Shown here: positions 1-11,985 of the stretch, piece by piece
Layout: every line of letters starts with the position of its first letter
Position numbering within the stretch: the first letter of the stretch is position 1
Assembly (NCBI GenBank): GCA_000934665.2
Contig: JYFJ02001947.1
Location: 45,881-65,880, forward strand
Length of the DNA stretch: 20,000 bases
Source of the DNA: Catajapyx aquilonaris
Lineage: Eukaryota
Direction: 5' to 3'
Translations under genes and position numbers: made by a program
The notes under the pieces: generated by a model
What the model was told of the DNA's origin: nothing
The model's database searches: none
What the model saw: the letters and a program-made list of their open reading frames with translations, nothing else

Positions 1-84
1 CACTGTTTCCACAGAAGAAATCCTTTTTCCGATTCGGGGATCGAACTCGGAGCCTCAGAGCCACTATACACCATGTCGCCCTCC
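1..84 (-). mobile_element. tRNA-derived SINE head (partial; body runs off the window start)
   Basis: Minus strand reads GGAGGGCGACA-TGGTGTATAGTGG (A-box-like)-CTCTGAGGCTCC-GAGTTCGATCC (B box)-CCGAATCGG. The A-B spacing is too short for a full tRNA (no anticodon arm) and there is no acceptor-stem closure. Confidence 0.6.
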
Positions 85-1602
85 TATCCGAATTTACACG
101 CTATACCAGCAGCCAAAAAGCGGAGCATAATGGTAGGCTAATCCTTAAAAAAAATTCAGATTAAAACAAAACACCGCCGCACCCTGGGGTAAGGATCGGC
201 TAGTGATTTATTGACTTCCACTTCCAAAGCTTCGAAAAACACAGCAGTAAGCTGATTAATCAGGCAGCTTATTAAGCTTGCTTGCAACTTGGCACAATGC
301 AGCACAGTCGTTGAAAAGTTCAACTTATTAAATTGCTCGATTAAAACTTTCTAGAGAAACTTACAAAATGCATGGCGGGCAGCGAAAATGCATCACGATA
401 AGCAAATGAATTTATATTTCCGAGTCACTAATTTCGTACTGAGCGGCGCAATTTACACAATCGATCCTGGCACATGAAGCTATTTAAAAGGATAACGCCG
501 ACCAAACGCGTGTGTTTGCGTTCTTGGACTATCAGGAGGACAAAACAATGTGTGTGACATGCCAATCTTCCCTCATGCACATGCTGCCTCTGCCCCCACG
601 ACACGAACTCAAATTACTCAAGCCAGGATATAACGTATAAGAGGTCAGATATGCCTCGGTAAATGGTCATGGAAATGACTGTAATATTCCGAGCTTCAGG
701 AAACTCCACAGTCCAGTTTCACCGGTCCAAATAAACAGCTGGATATTAATATTAGATATGAAGGTGTGAGAGCCACAGGTTCACTGCCTGCTTGGAAAAT
801 GCCAGAACATTCAAACCGAGGCCCTCTCACGAAACTCAGCCCCGGAAGCAATGAAGTGACGTCAGCGTTAAGGCATGACCTTTGTAAAGCCCCATTTTTA
901 GGAGCTGAAATAAGGGGAGTGCGCAACAATGCTTGTCTCACAGTATTGACACAATCATATTCGACTACAACATGTTTTAGATATCTTCTCTTCTCATAAT
1001 TACTTCGGGAAAAAATGTTGAAAAACCAATCAAATCATGCTCACAGTGCAGAAGTGCTCGCTTCTTATTCGTACAGCTTGCACTATTCTAAGTCTGTTGA
1101 ATCCTGTCCTCCAATTCATAGAGGGCACTTTTCAAGCATACGAGCCCGCCTGCATTGAATCATTTCCCATTTACATTCCAGCAAATAGGATCGCTGTATT
1201 TGTGGAGCAGGTGGACACAAGGTCACTTATCTATCGATTGTACAAAATGAGATAATGCTATCAATGTTTTCATCTGGGTAGATCACGTCATCTCAAGCAA
1301 TTTAACTTACAGTACATTCAAAAGGGGACGTCCCAGCTCTGCTGTATACTGTACCTAGTAGTAAACTGCGCAATAATTTCGTTTTGTCCATGCAAGTAAT
1401 AGCTCTTGACAATACAGAAAAATTAAACAAAATGCCTGTGACTTTTTAAATGTAGTCTATTGTAAGAAAGCAATTGAAAACAATGCTATGCATCAACTTG
1501 TCTGCCAGTTAATCTTACTCGTATTATTTAATAATCCCAGCACCGAGATATTTGCTAAATGAAGCCCGTCATTATTATGGTTTTTATGAATCAAACGTTG
1601 CA

Positions 1603-1943
1603 GGGGAGGTGTGGTGGCCGTGATGGGAACGTCTCGGCTTGCTGTGTGAAAGGCCCCAGGTTCGATCCCCGCCTGGGGAACTTTCCTTTCACCTGCGTCA
1701 GGAGGGTCTCTGACCTGCACCAAGGAGGTGTCTGGCAACCTAACCTCCTGGGGAACAGCACATGACCCCTTGACAGATCTTGCACTTGCACCTATGTTCC
1801 CTCCCCAAAAAATCCCTACCCCTACCCTACATCCTTGTCTCCTTGCACCGGTGTATGAAGTTAATTCAGAAAATGGAGTGAAATGGTGGTATTCCACCCC
1901 CCTAAAAAGGCTCAGCCTTATCACGGGGTAACGTAAAAAAAAA
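1603..1943 (+). mobile_element. Full-length tRNA-derived SINE (family A)
   Basis: Starts GGGGAGG, with A box TGGCCGTGATGG and B box GGTTCGATCC. About 340 bp long, ending CCCCCCTAAAAAGGCTCAGCCTTATCACGGGGTAACGT plus an A-run. Flanked by a perfect 17-bp TSD ATGAATCAAACGTTGCA (1586-1602 and 1944-1960). Confidence 0.95.
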
Positions 1944-2664
1944 ATGAATCAAACGTTGCATAATAGTCGTACAATGGGCCATATAAAAGGTTTCCAGCAC
2001 CAAATGGCCCCTATCCATCATAAATGAGATTGGATGGTTACTTGGGCCAAAGGGCACATACCGTACATATCATCGGTTACAGGAAAATCATAGGCATCAG
2101 CACATTTGCTCAACTGTCAATTTCATCAATGTCAGAATCAGCCAAATTGTGAATTTTAATGTCATTCTGTCTTGTGGAATTCATCTAAGTTGATTGCCAT
2201 TCCTTCCAAACTTCTAGAGAGGATACGTGACCTTTTGCTCAATTGCTCTTCATCTGTCCATGCGGCTAAGATGCCGATCGCGAAAAGTCCCTGTAACTTT
2301 GGTGCAAGAAATCGAAGGCAAGGCAAAGTGTCCTTCAACCGAACGAGTAGCCCGTGGCTTCCTTACATCTAGGGACTTGGACAGCACAAAGAAGAGCACA
2401 AAGGCGGTCCAGGTGTGCTGCCAATGGTATTCCCATGTACGCAATTACGCGGATGGCTCCTCTGCACCGTCGATACTTGACCTTATTTTTGCCCCCTATC
2501 CACACATCCGCCATTGATCGTAAGTGGAGGTGGTGGTGGAGCTGGCTCTACTGCATGGTATAGAGGCCCCAAAGCTATATGTAAAGGACCTCGGTGTTGG
2601 TTGGTGTGTCAGGTGGCAGTGTAGGTCCCACAGTGCAATGCGGTGGAAACACGATTGCAGATAG

Positions 2665-3202
2665 ATGCCAAGGCGCTCCGTCGACCGCTCTCACACAAAA
2701 TCGATCTTTCTATCAATGGACAAGCTTCCTGACATTACACCAACGCCCCACCGAAACCTTCAACTTTCATTACGTCGACTCGTGACATTATTCCACCTCT
2801 ACACATTTCATATTACCAAAAAGACATGGAGTGGTGAGACTGATATTATATAATCCGTCATCTTTCTAACTCGAATTAATTCAGACGAAATGATCAATAT
2901 GTGAGAAGGCCTGACAGAAAGTGACATAGTACTCATAGGCATGCTGTGCTTTATGGTAGAATCCATACCTAGAGAGTATGTTAAACAGACTAACAAAAAG
3001 TGTGAATAAAACCAGGTTAGTAGTGAAGAAATTGTTGGTGTCTTTAGCCAAGTTTTGATGAAGGCCATTCGACTGGCTTTATGGATTCAGTACTACAGTT
3101 CGGCAATAACTTGACGGGAGTTACCGTTTGGCATTAAGCCTAAACCAGAAAGTCAACCCTTATCGCTAAATCGCTGCTGAACGTAACTTTTAAATATTTA
3201 AA

Positions 3203-3261
<59 letters not shown>

Positions 3262-4269
3262 CCAACAACAACAACAACAACAACAACAACAACGTCATTC
3301 CCTTTCACCAAGTCATTGTACTCACCTAAGACCCATAAATAAACGGAATTTTTCCTTTAATCAGCAATTCTTCAGGACATGTCCGCATACCTTGACCACA
3401 TTATCATGTTTACCAGAAATATTCGGATTTCAGTTGTAAAAACAGTGGCACAGCTGTATAATATATGCAACTCTACGTAGAGTTAGGCCGATATTTTTCG
3501 TGACCAATTAATGCATAACATCCAATTTGATGATGTGCCACATCATTCATTTCTTGCTAGAGCAGAAACATTTTTCACAATCACTCAATGTCTCATGCAT
3601 ATGTATACCCTCAGAGATGTGTCACTCATACTGTTTAATTTCATGCTCATGCGATCAGTTCATCATCTAATGGCCATACCTGTAATTTTACGGAAATGTT
3701 GAATTTCCTTCACAGGTGAAGTGCTGTCTCACATCATTTCAAATATTCTTAGACCGAGCAGCATTATGACTCCTAATCTTCTTCCGGAACAGTTGCAACT
3801 TTCGCCAAGACCTTTGACCCAAGAGCCCAGTTACATCACAGAAATAAAACTGTGGCCCATATCGCGATCAAATTTCTTCCGCTTGTTCCGCATTGCCTGC
3901 ATCAGGGTCTGCACCATGCCCATAAAATGCCTCTATCTTCTTCGGGTTTAACACTCTATAAATAAATTCCAGTCCTTGCCTCAGTTCTTCATTCAATCAG
4001 AGTCCATCTGAAAAGAGAGGTTTTATCACTTCATGACTCTTTGTGATAATTCCCGAGTCGATAATCCTTCAAGAGAGTGAAACGGCATGAACTATACTCC
4101 ACGCCCCCTGCATGAACAGGGTGATTCAGAACTCCAGGTCAATATCCCACCAGTGTTCTTGACTGCTATAGAAGTGCTGCGATTCGATGTAACAACCACT
4201 TCACCTACTATTCCCACTCTCATAGGACAGATGTCATTCTTTTGTCACAGATCATTGGTGCCTCAATAA
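2665..4269 (+). pseudogene. Putative decayed long reading frame of unknown family (possibly TE- or virus-derived)
   Basis: ORFs 2665-2853, 3511-3702, 3721-3951 and 4087-4269 all lie in the same + frame. Hand translation across 535 codons needs no frameshift and gives 15 internal stops, about half the random expectation at this base composition. The microsatellite reads in frame as D19-P-T10. No domain recognised. Confidence 0.4.
3203..3292 (+). repeat. Compound trinucleotide microsatellite (ATG)19 + (CAA)10
   Basis: Perfect ATG repeats at 3203-3259, then ATC, then perfect CAA repeats at 3263-3292. Confidence 0.99.
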
Positions 4270-5025
4270 CATGATCAATTACGAGGGTAAAGCCTTTAAA
4301 AAAGGAGCACAAAGTGAGGCAAACTTGTCTTATAATATAAAATACGTAAAATATATTGATTTTTCACTGATTTATTTATCTATTCCATTTTATTTCGTAG
4401 AACAACTTAAAATATTGTTACAATATGGAATGAGCCAAGGGTGAAGCAGACTTGGCTGAAAGCGACACCTTTTCACTGGAGTGAAATAACTGGAAAAATC
4501 TGCTTGCCACTGGCAATTTTTTAAAAAAAATATCATGAAACTTGGCTGCTGCAAAACAGATTTTACCAACTATTTTGCTCCAGTGGAAATCGGGCCTTGC
4601 ACGCCCCACCGCGTCGGGTGGAAGAGGATGCTCTCACAACCCGGCTAACAGGAAAGAAATCCCTTTACTTGTTATATTGCGGCTGCGCCCGGTTAGATGC
4701 CGCTAACCTCCCTGGCAACACATGATATTAATGGTTTCCGCACAAGATAGTGTATACGATCCACTATTGGCATATGGAGGTCACTATGGCCAATCATAAG
4801 AGAAAATAAAAACATGCGCGACTAATAATTATTATTGTATGGGTGTGTCCAATGGCAAGAAAATGTTTAGGTCCGCACTTTGCAAGAAACATTGTTTTCA
4901 TAGTTTTCAAGAAAAGTCGTCGAACTTAGTAGCTGAACAAAGTATGGTCGTCTCCATTAGTTAGTCCATTTTAAACTACAGTGAGCTATCATAAGGGAAG
5001 GGACGGGGCCATAAATGAGTAGATT

Positions 5026-5130
5026 ATGGAAAGGAACTTGCAGAGTTCTTGCATTGCATACAAAACTCTAGTCTCACATGAGAGAGCGCAAGTGGAATAT
5101 GGAGCTTTGGAATCGATCACTTTATATGGC
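5026..5130 (+). mobile_element. Possible ancient LINE (CR1/L2/Jockey-like) ORF2 remnant
   Basis: Translation RNLQSSCIAYKTLV(SHE)RAQVEYG resembles the post-RT motif 'AYKxLVRPxLEY'. Short and degenerate. Confidence 0.3.
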
Positions 5131-8100
5131 CATTCTTTATATTTATTTCAGAAGATTTCACATAGTGTTATATATAGCAGCGGCAAAATTCTTAACGCCT
5201 GCATATGTTCATGAGAAGCAATATTGTACGTAACAAAAATTACATAATAGTGTGTCGATTATTCGAAAAGTTTCATCTAGTGTAGAAAGCGTTTGGGTGA
5301 TAATTGACCATTTCAAATGAAATAACCAGATGGCATGAATAGAACGATTCATTTCCCGACGAAATTCACTTTACTGGAAATTGTCCCTTGAAAGCCTTTT
5401 CGTCTTTGAGACACTTCTAGTGTCAGGTATGACATCGCACATAACTTTTCCACTAAAAAAAAAAACTCATTATATGGAAGCACTTTCCCACTCCGCATCA
5501 AAGTTTTCAGCTTCGCGTGGTAGGAGGGAAAAAATCAGTTCACTAAACTTTCCCTATTTTATCGAGAGCTCCCAGCTTTTCTTTTTCTAAGGAGTTCTAA
5601 CAGTTTTCCTCCAGCCTATAGATAAGTGTGAATTCCATTTTGTGATGTTTCGCAAACTTACAGACACCCAGCGCCGCAGTTCGTCCTCTTTCCTTTTTCC
5701 TTGTACAGTATATCCAAATTGCTGAGGGGTACCTTGTGTTATTATAAGTACGAGTATGACTTCTCATCATGAGCATTACTGTATAATTAATGTTCCTACC
5801 ACTTTTTATAATATGAAATTTTTATAATCTACACTAATATTGCAGCGCAATGAAAAGACAAAATTAAATTCTGCGTGAAAACATATTATCCATTTTATTT
5901 TTGAGAAGACTTTTGCATGTGATTTTGGAAACTTCTCTTTCGTGTCAACTCCTTCGCGAGCCCATCTAGATTTTTTCACGTTCATCACGCGATTATAAGT
6001 TTTTTTTTCGCCCACTCACACAGTCCATTAGTCCCTTGCATTCATGCCCTTCCCGTAATATTATGAAGCCCAGAAATGTGCACACTCCTCATTTTTGATA
6101 TGACCTGCAATGACCTTTCCAATACCGCCTATCACGCAACGCCTATAGAAGCCGGTATGAAACAATACTACGGGATATAGAGTGTCTCTTCAAACTCACT
6201 GTTCTGGCAACTTATTGCGACAGATACCAGGGCTTCTTAGAAAAGTCCTTCTCACATCTCCCACTTTTTACAGTTCCTATTGATTACAGTCATTCGAGAC
6301 CGAATGCCGTTCCGGAACAAGGGAAAAGGAGGACATATATATTGCCATCTTCAACCTCTTTGGTCACATGGGATTCATATAAATAATGCGACTTGAATTC
6401 TTCGAAATGGCAGATCTATTTACTGCCGCCATTATTCTACCCAATACAGTCAATATTCGAGATAACTACGACGCGACATCTTACAGTACAGCGCAGCGTA
6501 GTGAAAATAATGTGCGCAGCTCTTGCAATGAAAATACAGAGGAGAAAATATGGCCTATTTTTGCCATCATACGATATAGCCATTCTGGCAGTGTGTTGTT
6601 CATAACTACACGTGAATTCGGGTACAAAAATAAGGTGTAGCATGAGCTGGAGAACAATATATTACCTTTCGTGTTCAACTCTGTCAACGTGATTAGAAGC
6701 AGGGGGAGAATGTCCTGCATTCCCAGAAACGATTGATTATTACGTACTGCAGGACTACATGTGAGGCGTACCATCGTTTCTCTCTCTAGCACGCATAGAA
6801 ACGACTTCGGAGTCACAAATCAAACGGAGTTTTGCATAATTTAGTCTCTAAGGACACATTAGTATTGATAGGAATTACTATTGCTAGGACTAGAGGTCAT
6901 TTCGGTATAACTTTACTGCTGTACAGTACGATACTGGTGCATCATAAGCCTATAAGGTTATCACATAATTGTGAATAATCATAAATACTTTTATCGTTTG
7001 TTCGTTTCAATTCTATGCTCTATTATCGATTAAGTGTTTTTAAGCACTCATGACACGATTATTCAGCAAGACTGATTGAGGCCAGTCTGTATAAAATCAA
7101 ATGAAGGAAAAACCACGCGTTTGTGTTGCATTGTGTGCCAAGAATTGGGTCAGTTTCAATTTATTTGAGTTGACACAGGTGGGCTTTAAAGGTCTAAAGA
7201 AATGAAAGCCTGAAATGCAGAACTGTCCAAGACACAATTCAATGATTTGAGATATGAAGGTCTGAAGATTGCATTTTCCCTTATGGGAGTACTTTTTCAA
7301 ATATTTCTTTGGATTGGATGAACACTGAATTGACCATTAAGAAGTACAGGTAAATGTCAAAGGATCGTATTACAAACTGTACAGTGTACAGTATAGGCTA
7401 ACTCAATTTTGACCCAAATTTAACAATGTTCGTTCTGCATTTTATGTTTTCAGATGCTGTTATAATTTTATAAGAATGGGAGCATGCAAACTACTTGCTT
7501 AAAACATTTTCAGACCAATAACTGAATTTTATCACATATCATAGCATGTAGGCTATACCTTTTCCTCAAATTGCTGAATGTCAATTTACAACAAAAAAAA
7601 ACTTGACAATGCAATATTCTTGACGACCGTAATTTCAGATAATGACATAACTGTTATTCTTATTTTTAATAAGGATTTTTAAACGGACACATTTAATAGA
7701 CACACCCTTTTATAGACATTAGAGGAGAAGATGCTGATGGGGGCGGAAATGAAAGGCTCCAGGAGCAAGGTTTGAGCATAAAGAAATGTCTCAAATGATA
7801 TGGAACATAACTTTTAATTTTATCACTTTGCAAACTCAGTCATAGCCCAATCGCATTGATCAGCGCCTTATAAGTTCCAGAAACTGTTAAATACGACAGT
7901 ATGAGGAATTAATATCGCAAATAAAGAGATAACGAGTATAAGGTGGGTGGGTAGGTGGAATTGTCTCAGAGAACCTCTCATGTTTAAAAAGTCCGGTTAA
8001 ACGGTATAATTATTACAAATTACTTTGCCGCTAGATAAGCATTCTTGGATAAAATAGGCCTATTTCGTGAGCAGGCACATTTCGCACAAATTACTGTCCG

Positions 8101-8935
8101 GTATAAACCTTTTTACCATGTGTATTAACAATCCAAGGAACAAAATCATCCAAGCTTTAAAGAATGACACTTGTAGTGTAACTTGTACCCTAGTCCAAGT
8201 TCTTGGCACAACATCTGTACTACGTAAAATATGGGAGACTCATAACGCAATAATGAGTGTAATGGGGGAAAAAATCCGACCGTTTCATCCCGGCAGCAGT
8301 AAGCAGCGGTACTATGCATATTTAACTATTAAAGCAGCATTTCACTGTTATTTTTTAAAAGCTCGCGTATGTCAACGATAAATATTGATGACCACACCTG
8401 GTAAAAAAATTCATTCTATAGAAATACCGTCCAGCATGAAATTTTTAACTCATCAACAATAGCATCTCAAAAAATTCTGCAAATGTCGTAATATCATCAG
8501 TTTCTTGGCTGCACAATTCTGAAAGCGGCAAACGTAAAAAGAATCAGGGTTGCTTACCACGTCGCGCATGTTGCACGTGGGACGGCAATGGAATGGGAGC
8601 AGAAAATTCCCGTGTCGGGCAGCACGTCTGCTCGCCAACTGAAAATATCTCATCTTGCGGGACACGGCTTTGAAATCGGCGCCTGCGCAGCCCTACAAAG
8701 CCTCACCTGCGCCCTTCGCAAAATCTATTTCTTCACTCTTTAACTACCCAACTAACGTGCTCATTTTGGGGACATACTTACATTACGCGGCAACATCTTG
8801 CTTACCATTGAAATGGGATCTTGCAGGGATCTTGTGACGATCCCTAAGAGAGTATATGCTATTGGTGCCAGTGAGAACTCCCAGGGAGAGATCAAAGGTT
8901 GCTCATGAACACCAGAGACTGTAAATGTCAAAGTT

Positions 8936-9040
8936 TCGAATTTTCGTCCTACTGCTAGTTACTGCTAACTTAGCAGTACCACTGACAAACACTGGTACTG
9001 CTCAGTTAGCAGTAACTAGCAGTGTGGGGAAAATTCGACC
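8936..9040. mobile_element. Small palindromic MITE, PIF/Harbinger-like
   Basis: Left arm TCGAATTTTCGTCCTACTGCTAGTTACTGCTAACTTAGCAGTACCA pairs with right arm TGGTACTGCTCAGTTAGCAGTAACTAGCAGTGTGGGGAAAATTCGA around a short loop. The right end ...CGACC is followed by TAA, matching Harbinger GG..CC termini with a TWA target. The left terminus is degenerate. Confidence 0.7.
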
Positions 9041-9264
9041 TAAGATCTTTTAGAATCACTGTATAGTTATTAAACATAAATACAGTAAGTCCACAAGCTG
9101 CAAAACGCAGAGAGAAGGATTACATTGCCCGAAGGTGAAGTAACGTGTTTTAGTGGCGTAAATCAATGCAGATGCCAGTAGCCTACATAATTAGATAGAG
9201 GAACTTAGGCAACAAAGTCGGACCACTAATTCGGTTTTACTTTCTTCGTATTAAAGTTACAATC

Positions 9265-9647
9265 GAATCGAGCAAAAGAAGAACAGCACAAGTCCATTTT
9301 TTGCGAAAATGAGATTATCGTGGGATGTGGTAGTCCTTGTCCATGTGCATCGTTTGATGGAAAAGAAACACATGTCACTTGCATGAGTAAGGCAGGAGAA
9401 CGGGACAAAGTTTGTATGTGTGCTGGAAGAACAGCACATATCCCCGGATTTGTGCTGTTTTTCCGTCTCAATAGTTAATTAATGTATTGAGTACCAAATT
9501 ACATTTCTGGAAGCGTATATGCCTGTCTGCTAATATAGCCGAAAGTATGAACTGTCAGTCGTGAACGGTAAGCTCTGTAATCAGTTTTTTGTCTCTCCTG
9601 AAAAAGTTGCATTTTGTGACATGTGCTGTTCTTCTTTTGCTCGATTC
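9265..9647. mobile_element. Non-autonomous DNA transposon (MITE), Sola-like
   Basis: 30-bp TIRs GAATCGAGCAAAAGAAGAACAGCACA(A/T)GTC (29/30 identical) and a 4-bp TSD AATC (9261-9264, 9648-9651). Partial copies of the TIR motif lie inside at about 9361, 9426 and 9449. A 4-bp TSD with GA termini fits Sola, but the superfamily call is tentative. Confidence 0.8.
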
Positions 9648-10101
9648 AATCATATTATTGATTTCTCAATGTCGAGAGATTCTTTCATTAGTGGCCTAAG
9701 AACTATCTATACGTTATGGAATCCATGTAAAGATTAAAAGCAAAAGGCATTTTGAGTTTAGAAAGAAGTGTCATAATGATGCTTTTGAAAAAGTGCTGCA
9801 AATTCGGACCCCCCACATTTAAGTAATTATTCAGTGGAAAATGAAAACAAATTTAGGTTATGCAATTGAATTATTTATGGAAAGACAATTTATTCTAATA
9901 TTGAGAACATTATAAAAACCTTAGAAACTTGGTATAAAAAGATAAAAATACCGCATTGATTTAAGAGAAGGGAAAAAATTTTTAGCGCGAAAAGTTTTGA
10001 TTGGTTCCACAGTATATAGTGTATGTAAGTTACTGTACTTTTTTCCAGTTTTCCAGTTTCCTAAATTCTGACCCTTCCTCAATACTGTTTGAGTGAATAC
10101 C

Positions 10102-10396
10102 ATAATAATCATCACAGAATGATCAAACTCATACGTGATGAGAACTACTCCCACTGGTAACAGCACTGGTGTACCATTCAGGGCAGGACAGTTTGTTAGT
10201 TCATACCTCTTCACAGTGATGATTCAGTTGTTGCAAACTCCCCTGGGTGGCTTAGTCTGTCGGAAATTGCCACCCGAAATGAAGCCAGAGATGGCCCAAC
10301 TCTGCACGGATAAAGGTGGGAACCCCGGGTGGGGATTGAACCCGGGACCTTAATATCCGTGGGCGCGCGCGTTACCGCGGCGCCACTTCATCTCCC
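10102..10396 (-). mobile_element. tRNA-derived SINE (family C)
   Basis: Minus strand: GGGAGATGAAG-TGGCGCCGCGG (A box)-TAACG...AAGGTCCCG-GGTTCAATCC (B box)-CCACCCGGG. The body is unrelated to families A and B. It probably ends in TGATGATTATTAT near 10102. No TSD found, so the 3' boundary is uncertain. Confidence 0.75.
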
Positions 10397-10829
10397 TTAT
10401 TCATTGGGAATTACCTCCTGCATTAGCTTTGGTCTTGGCATATTAATCTCCTTGTGCTTATGGCAGCACCCAAATCCTACCCCATCACTTGGAATAGTGG
10501 ACAATTTTTTTGTTTTACATCCGCACCACTGATACTGTGATTCACCGAGGTCCCATGGAGATTCGACTTATAGAAGTTTTACTGTAGGTCGTAATATGAT
10601 TTACGAATATGATGTGTTCAGATATGGGCTGGCATGACTATACCACTGAAATTTGCAACAAGAACCATTGCTTCGGGCATTCAGTTGCCAAAGGGCCCAA
10701 CTCCACTGATTTTGACCTCCAATAGACACTGACCTATTGCTTTCTAGTATATGAGATCTATGGCACTAGGTGTGTAGCATCATAAACCACGAAACTCTAC
10801 ATGGAGCAATATACGCATGCGGTTTTTCC

Positions 10830-10997
10830 TTTTTGTCTCTCCTGAAAAACCGTTCCAAACTTTAAAACGATATATCTCAAAAGCTGTGCCTGAAAAAAAC
10901 CTTCTGAGCAGATATTCGGATTCAGCGCAGAAAGTACAATAGGAATCACTATTCAAATCTTCAGAAAAGAGAAAAACTGTTATTTTGTGGAACAGCG
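10830..10997. mobile_element. Possible terminal fragment of a DNA transposon (Chapaev/CMC-like)
   Basis: Ends TTTTGTGGAACAGCG|TTA, which reverse-complements to a near-CACTG terminus with a TWA flank. The subterminal GATATTCGGATTCAGCG resembles such elements as I recall them. No partner end found. Confidence 0.3.
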
Positions 10998-11884
10998 TTA
11001 CCAATCATATTCGGAACACGGAGCAGACATTTTTCCCTGAGCTAAAATTCAAACACATGTATCTTAAAAAGCTGAAGCAATACTGACCATGTTTGAACTT
11101 AGATCATTAGCTGTGACTCAACTGAGCCCCCGTGACTAAGTACTGCCAGTTATTTAGCAGCAGCAGAACTAGCGCATAAAATTAAAATGCAACAACTGTG
11201 CAGGTGTCCCTTACAGGGGACACTAGGCCAAGGTTAGCAATAAACTGAAAACTCCACTCTGAGGCTGTGATTGTAGTACAGCTATACGTAAACAAAACTG
11301 TAGATTAGTTATAAAAACAGGTAAAACCGATGGTCAACATATAATGATATATGATGACAAGTGCTTCATTTTCTGAAATTGGATTTACTTATGTGAAATG
11401 ATCAATAATACATACACTTTTGACTTGTTGTCCCCAAGATTGTCTCTTTATTACTGTATTAGAGAGAGTTTTTGTAAGTTCCTTCTTCCAAACGCATCTG
11501 CTTGTCCTTGATAAGCTGTTACTGCCACCAGTGCACCAATTGTTCACTTTGGTTTTGGTACTGTCCTCCCCTCTCACATAGCCATTTGTAAATAAAATAT
11601 TGTTCAGCCCAAAGCAAGGGACTATAATACCACCATAACCACCATCTTACGTTAATCCCCACCACCAACCCACCAGCCCCCACTCCTCTCTCTCACACAT
11701 TCTTTTACTAGGTATCTTGGTCTGCAGGTGTCTCAAGCAGAGTTGACATGCAAGAACTGGTACAGTAAAATCCACATTATTAGGAATTATCACATACTCC
11801 AGGTATTTGTCAAGCATGGCCTAATCACAAATTCATACTACCTGTCTGGGCTCCAACCAAATTATCACAAACAATTCACCAGAA

Positions 11885-11985
11885 TGTGAGTTATGGAAGA
11901 GGGCAGATTCCAAGCAGATTCCCTTGCATTTGTACAGTGATGGAAAAAACAGCACTGTGTACCCCCACAGGTTCTGCAAAGATCA
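11885..11985 (-). mobile_element. Possible CR1/Jockey-like LINE ORF2 C-terminal remnant
   Basis: Minus-strand translation LCRTCGGTQCCFFHHCTNARESAWNLPSSIT resembles the 'RT...SFF.R...WNSLP' C-terminal motif. Confidence 0.3.

Noticed and set aside
1603..1680. tRNA gene (also 12964-13040, 10320-10396 and 30-84)
   Set aside because: A and B boxes are present, but there is no acceptor-stem pairing or T-run terminator, and the sequences continue into SINE bodies. These are SINE heads.
1030..2260. Decayed minus-strand LINE (ICWNVNG endonuclease-like start near 1180; RQNDIKIHNL ORF1-like motif near 2160)
   Set aside because: Only two very short motifs with stops and frameshifts, and no supporting downstream endonuclease or RT motifs.
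3203..3439. Poly-Met/poly-Gln protein ORF
   Set aside because: Artefact of reading the (ATG)n(CAA)n microsatellite in frame 2.
3500..4200. Minus-strand DEDDh exonuclease-like motifs (DIDLEF, GHGADPD, HETLSDC)
   Set aside because: That frame has about 14 stops in 260 codons, close to the random rate, and is the antisense shadow of the more open + frame. The motifs are probably coincidental.
4280..4310. TACGAGGGT mariner-like terminus
   Set aside because: No matching partner TIR or transposase remnant nearby; similarity to the 16367-17859 TIR ends after 9 bp.
5806..6100. Minus-strand transposase-like fragment (HFWAS*YYGKG... resembling an HGKG motif)
   Set aside because: Needs several stops and substitutions to fit; too weak without a profile search.
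7350..7453. Plus-strand GT..AG intron-like segment
   Set aside because: Splice signals look good, but the flanking frames contain stops and give no coherent exon.
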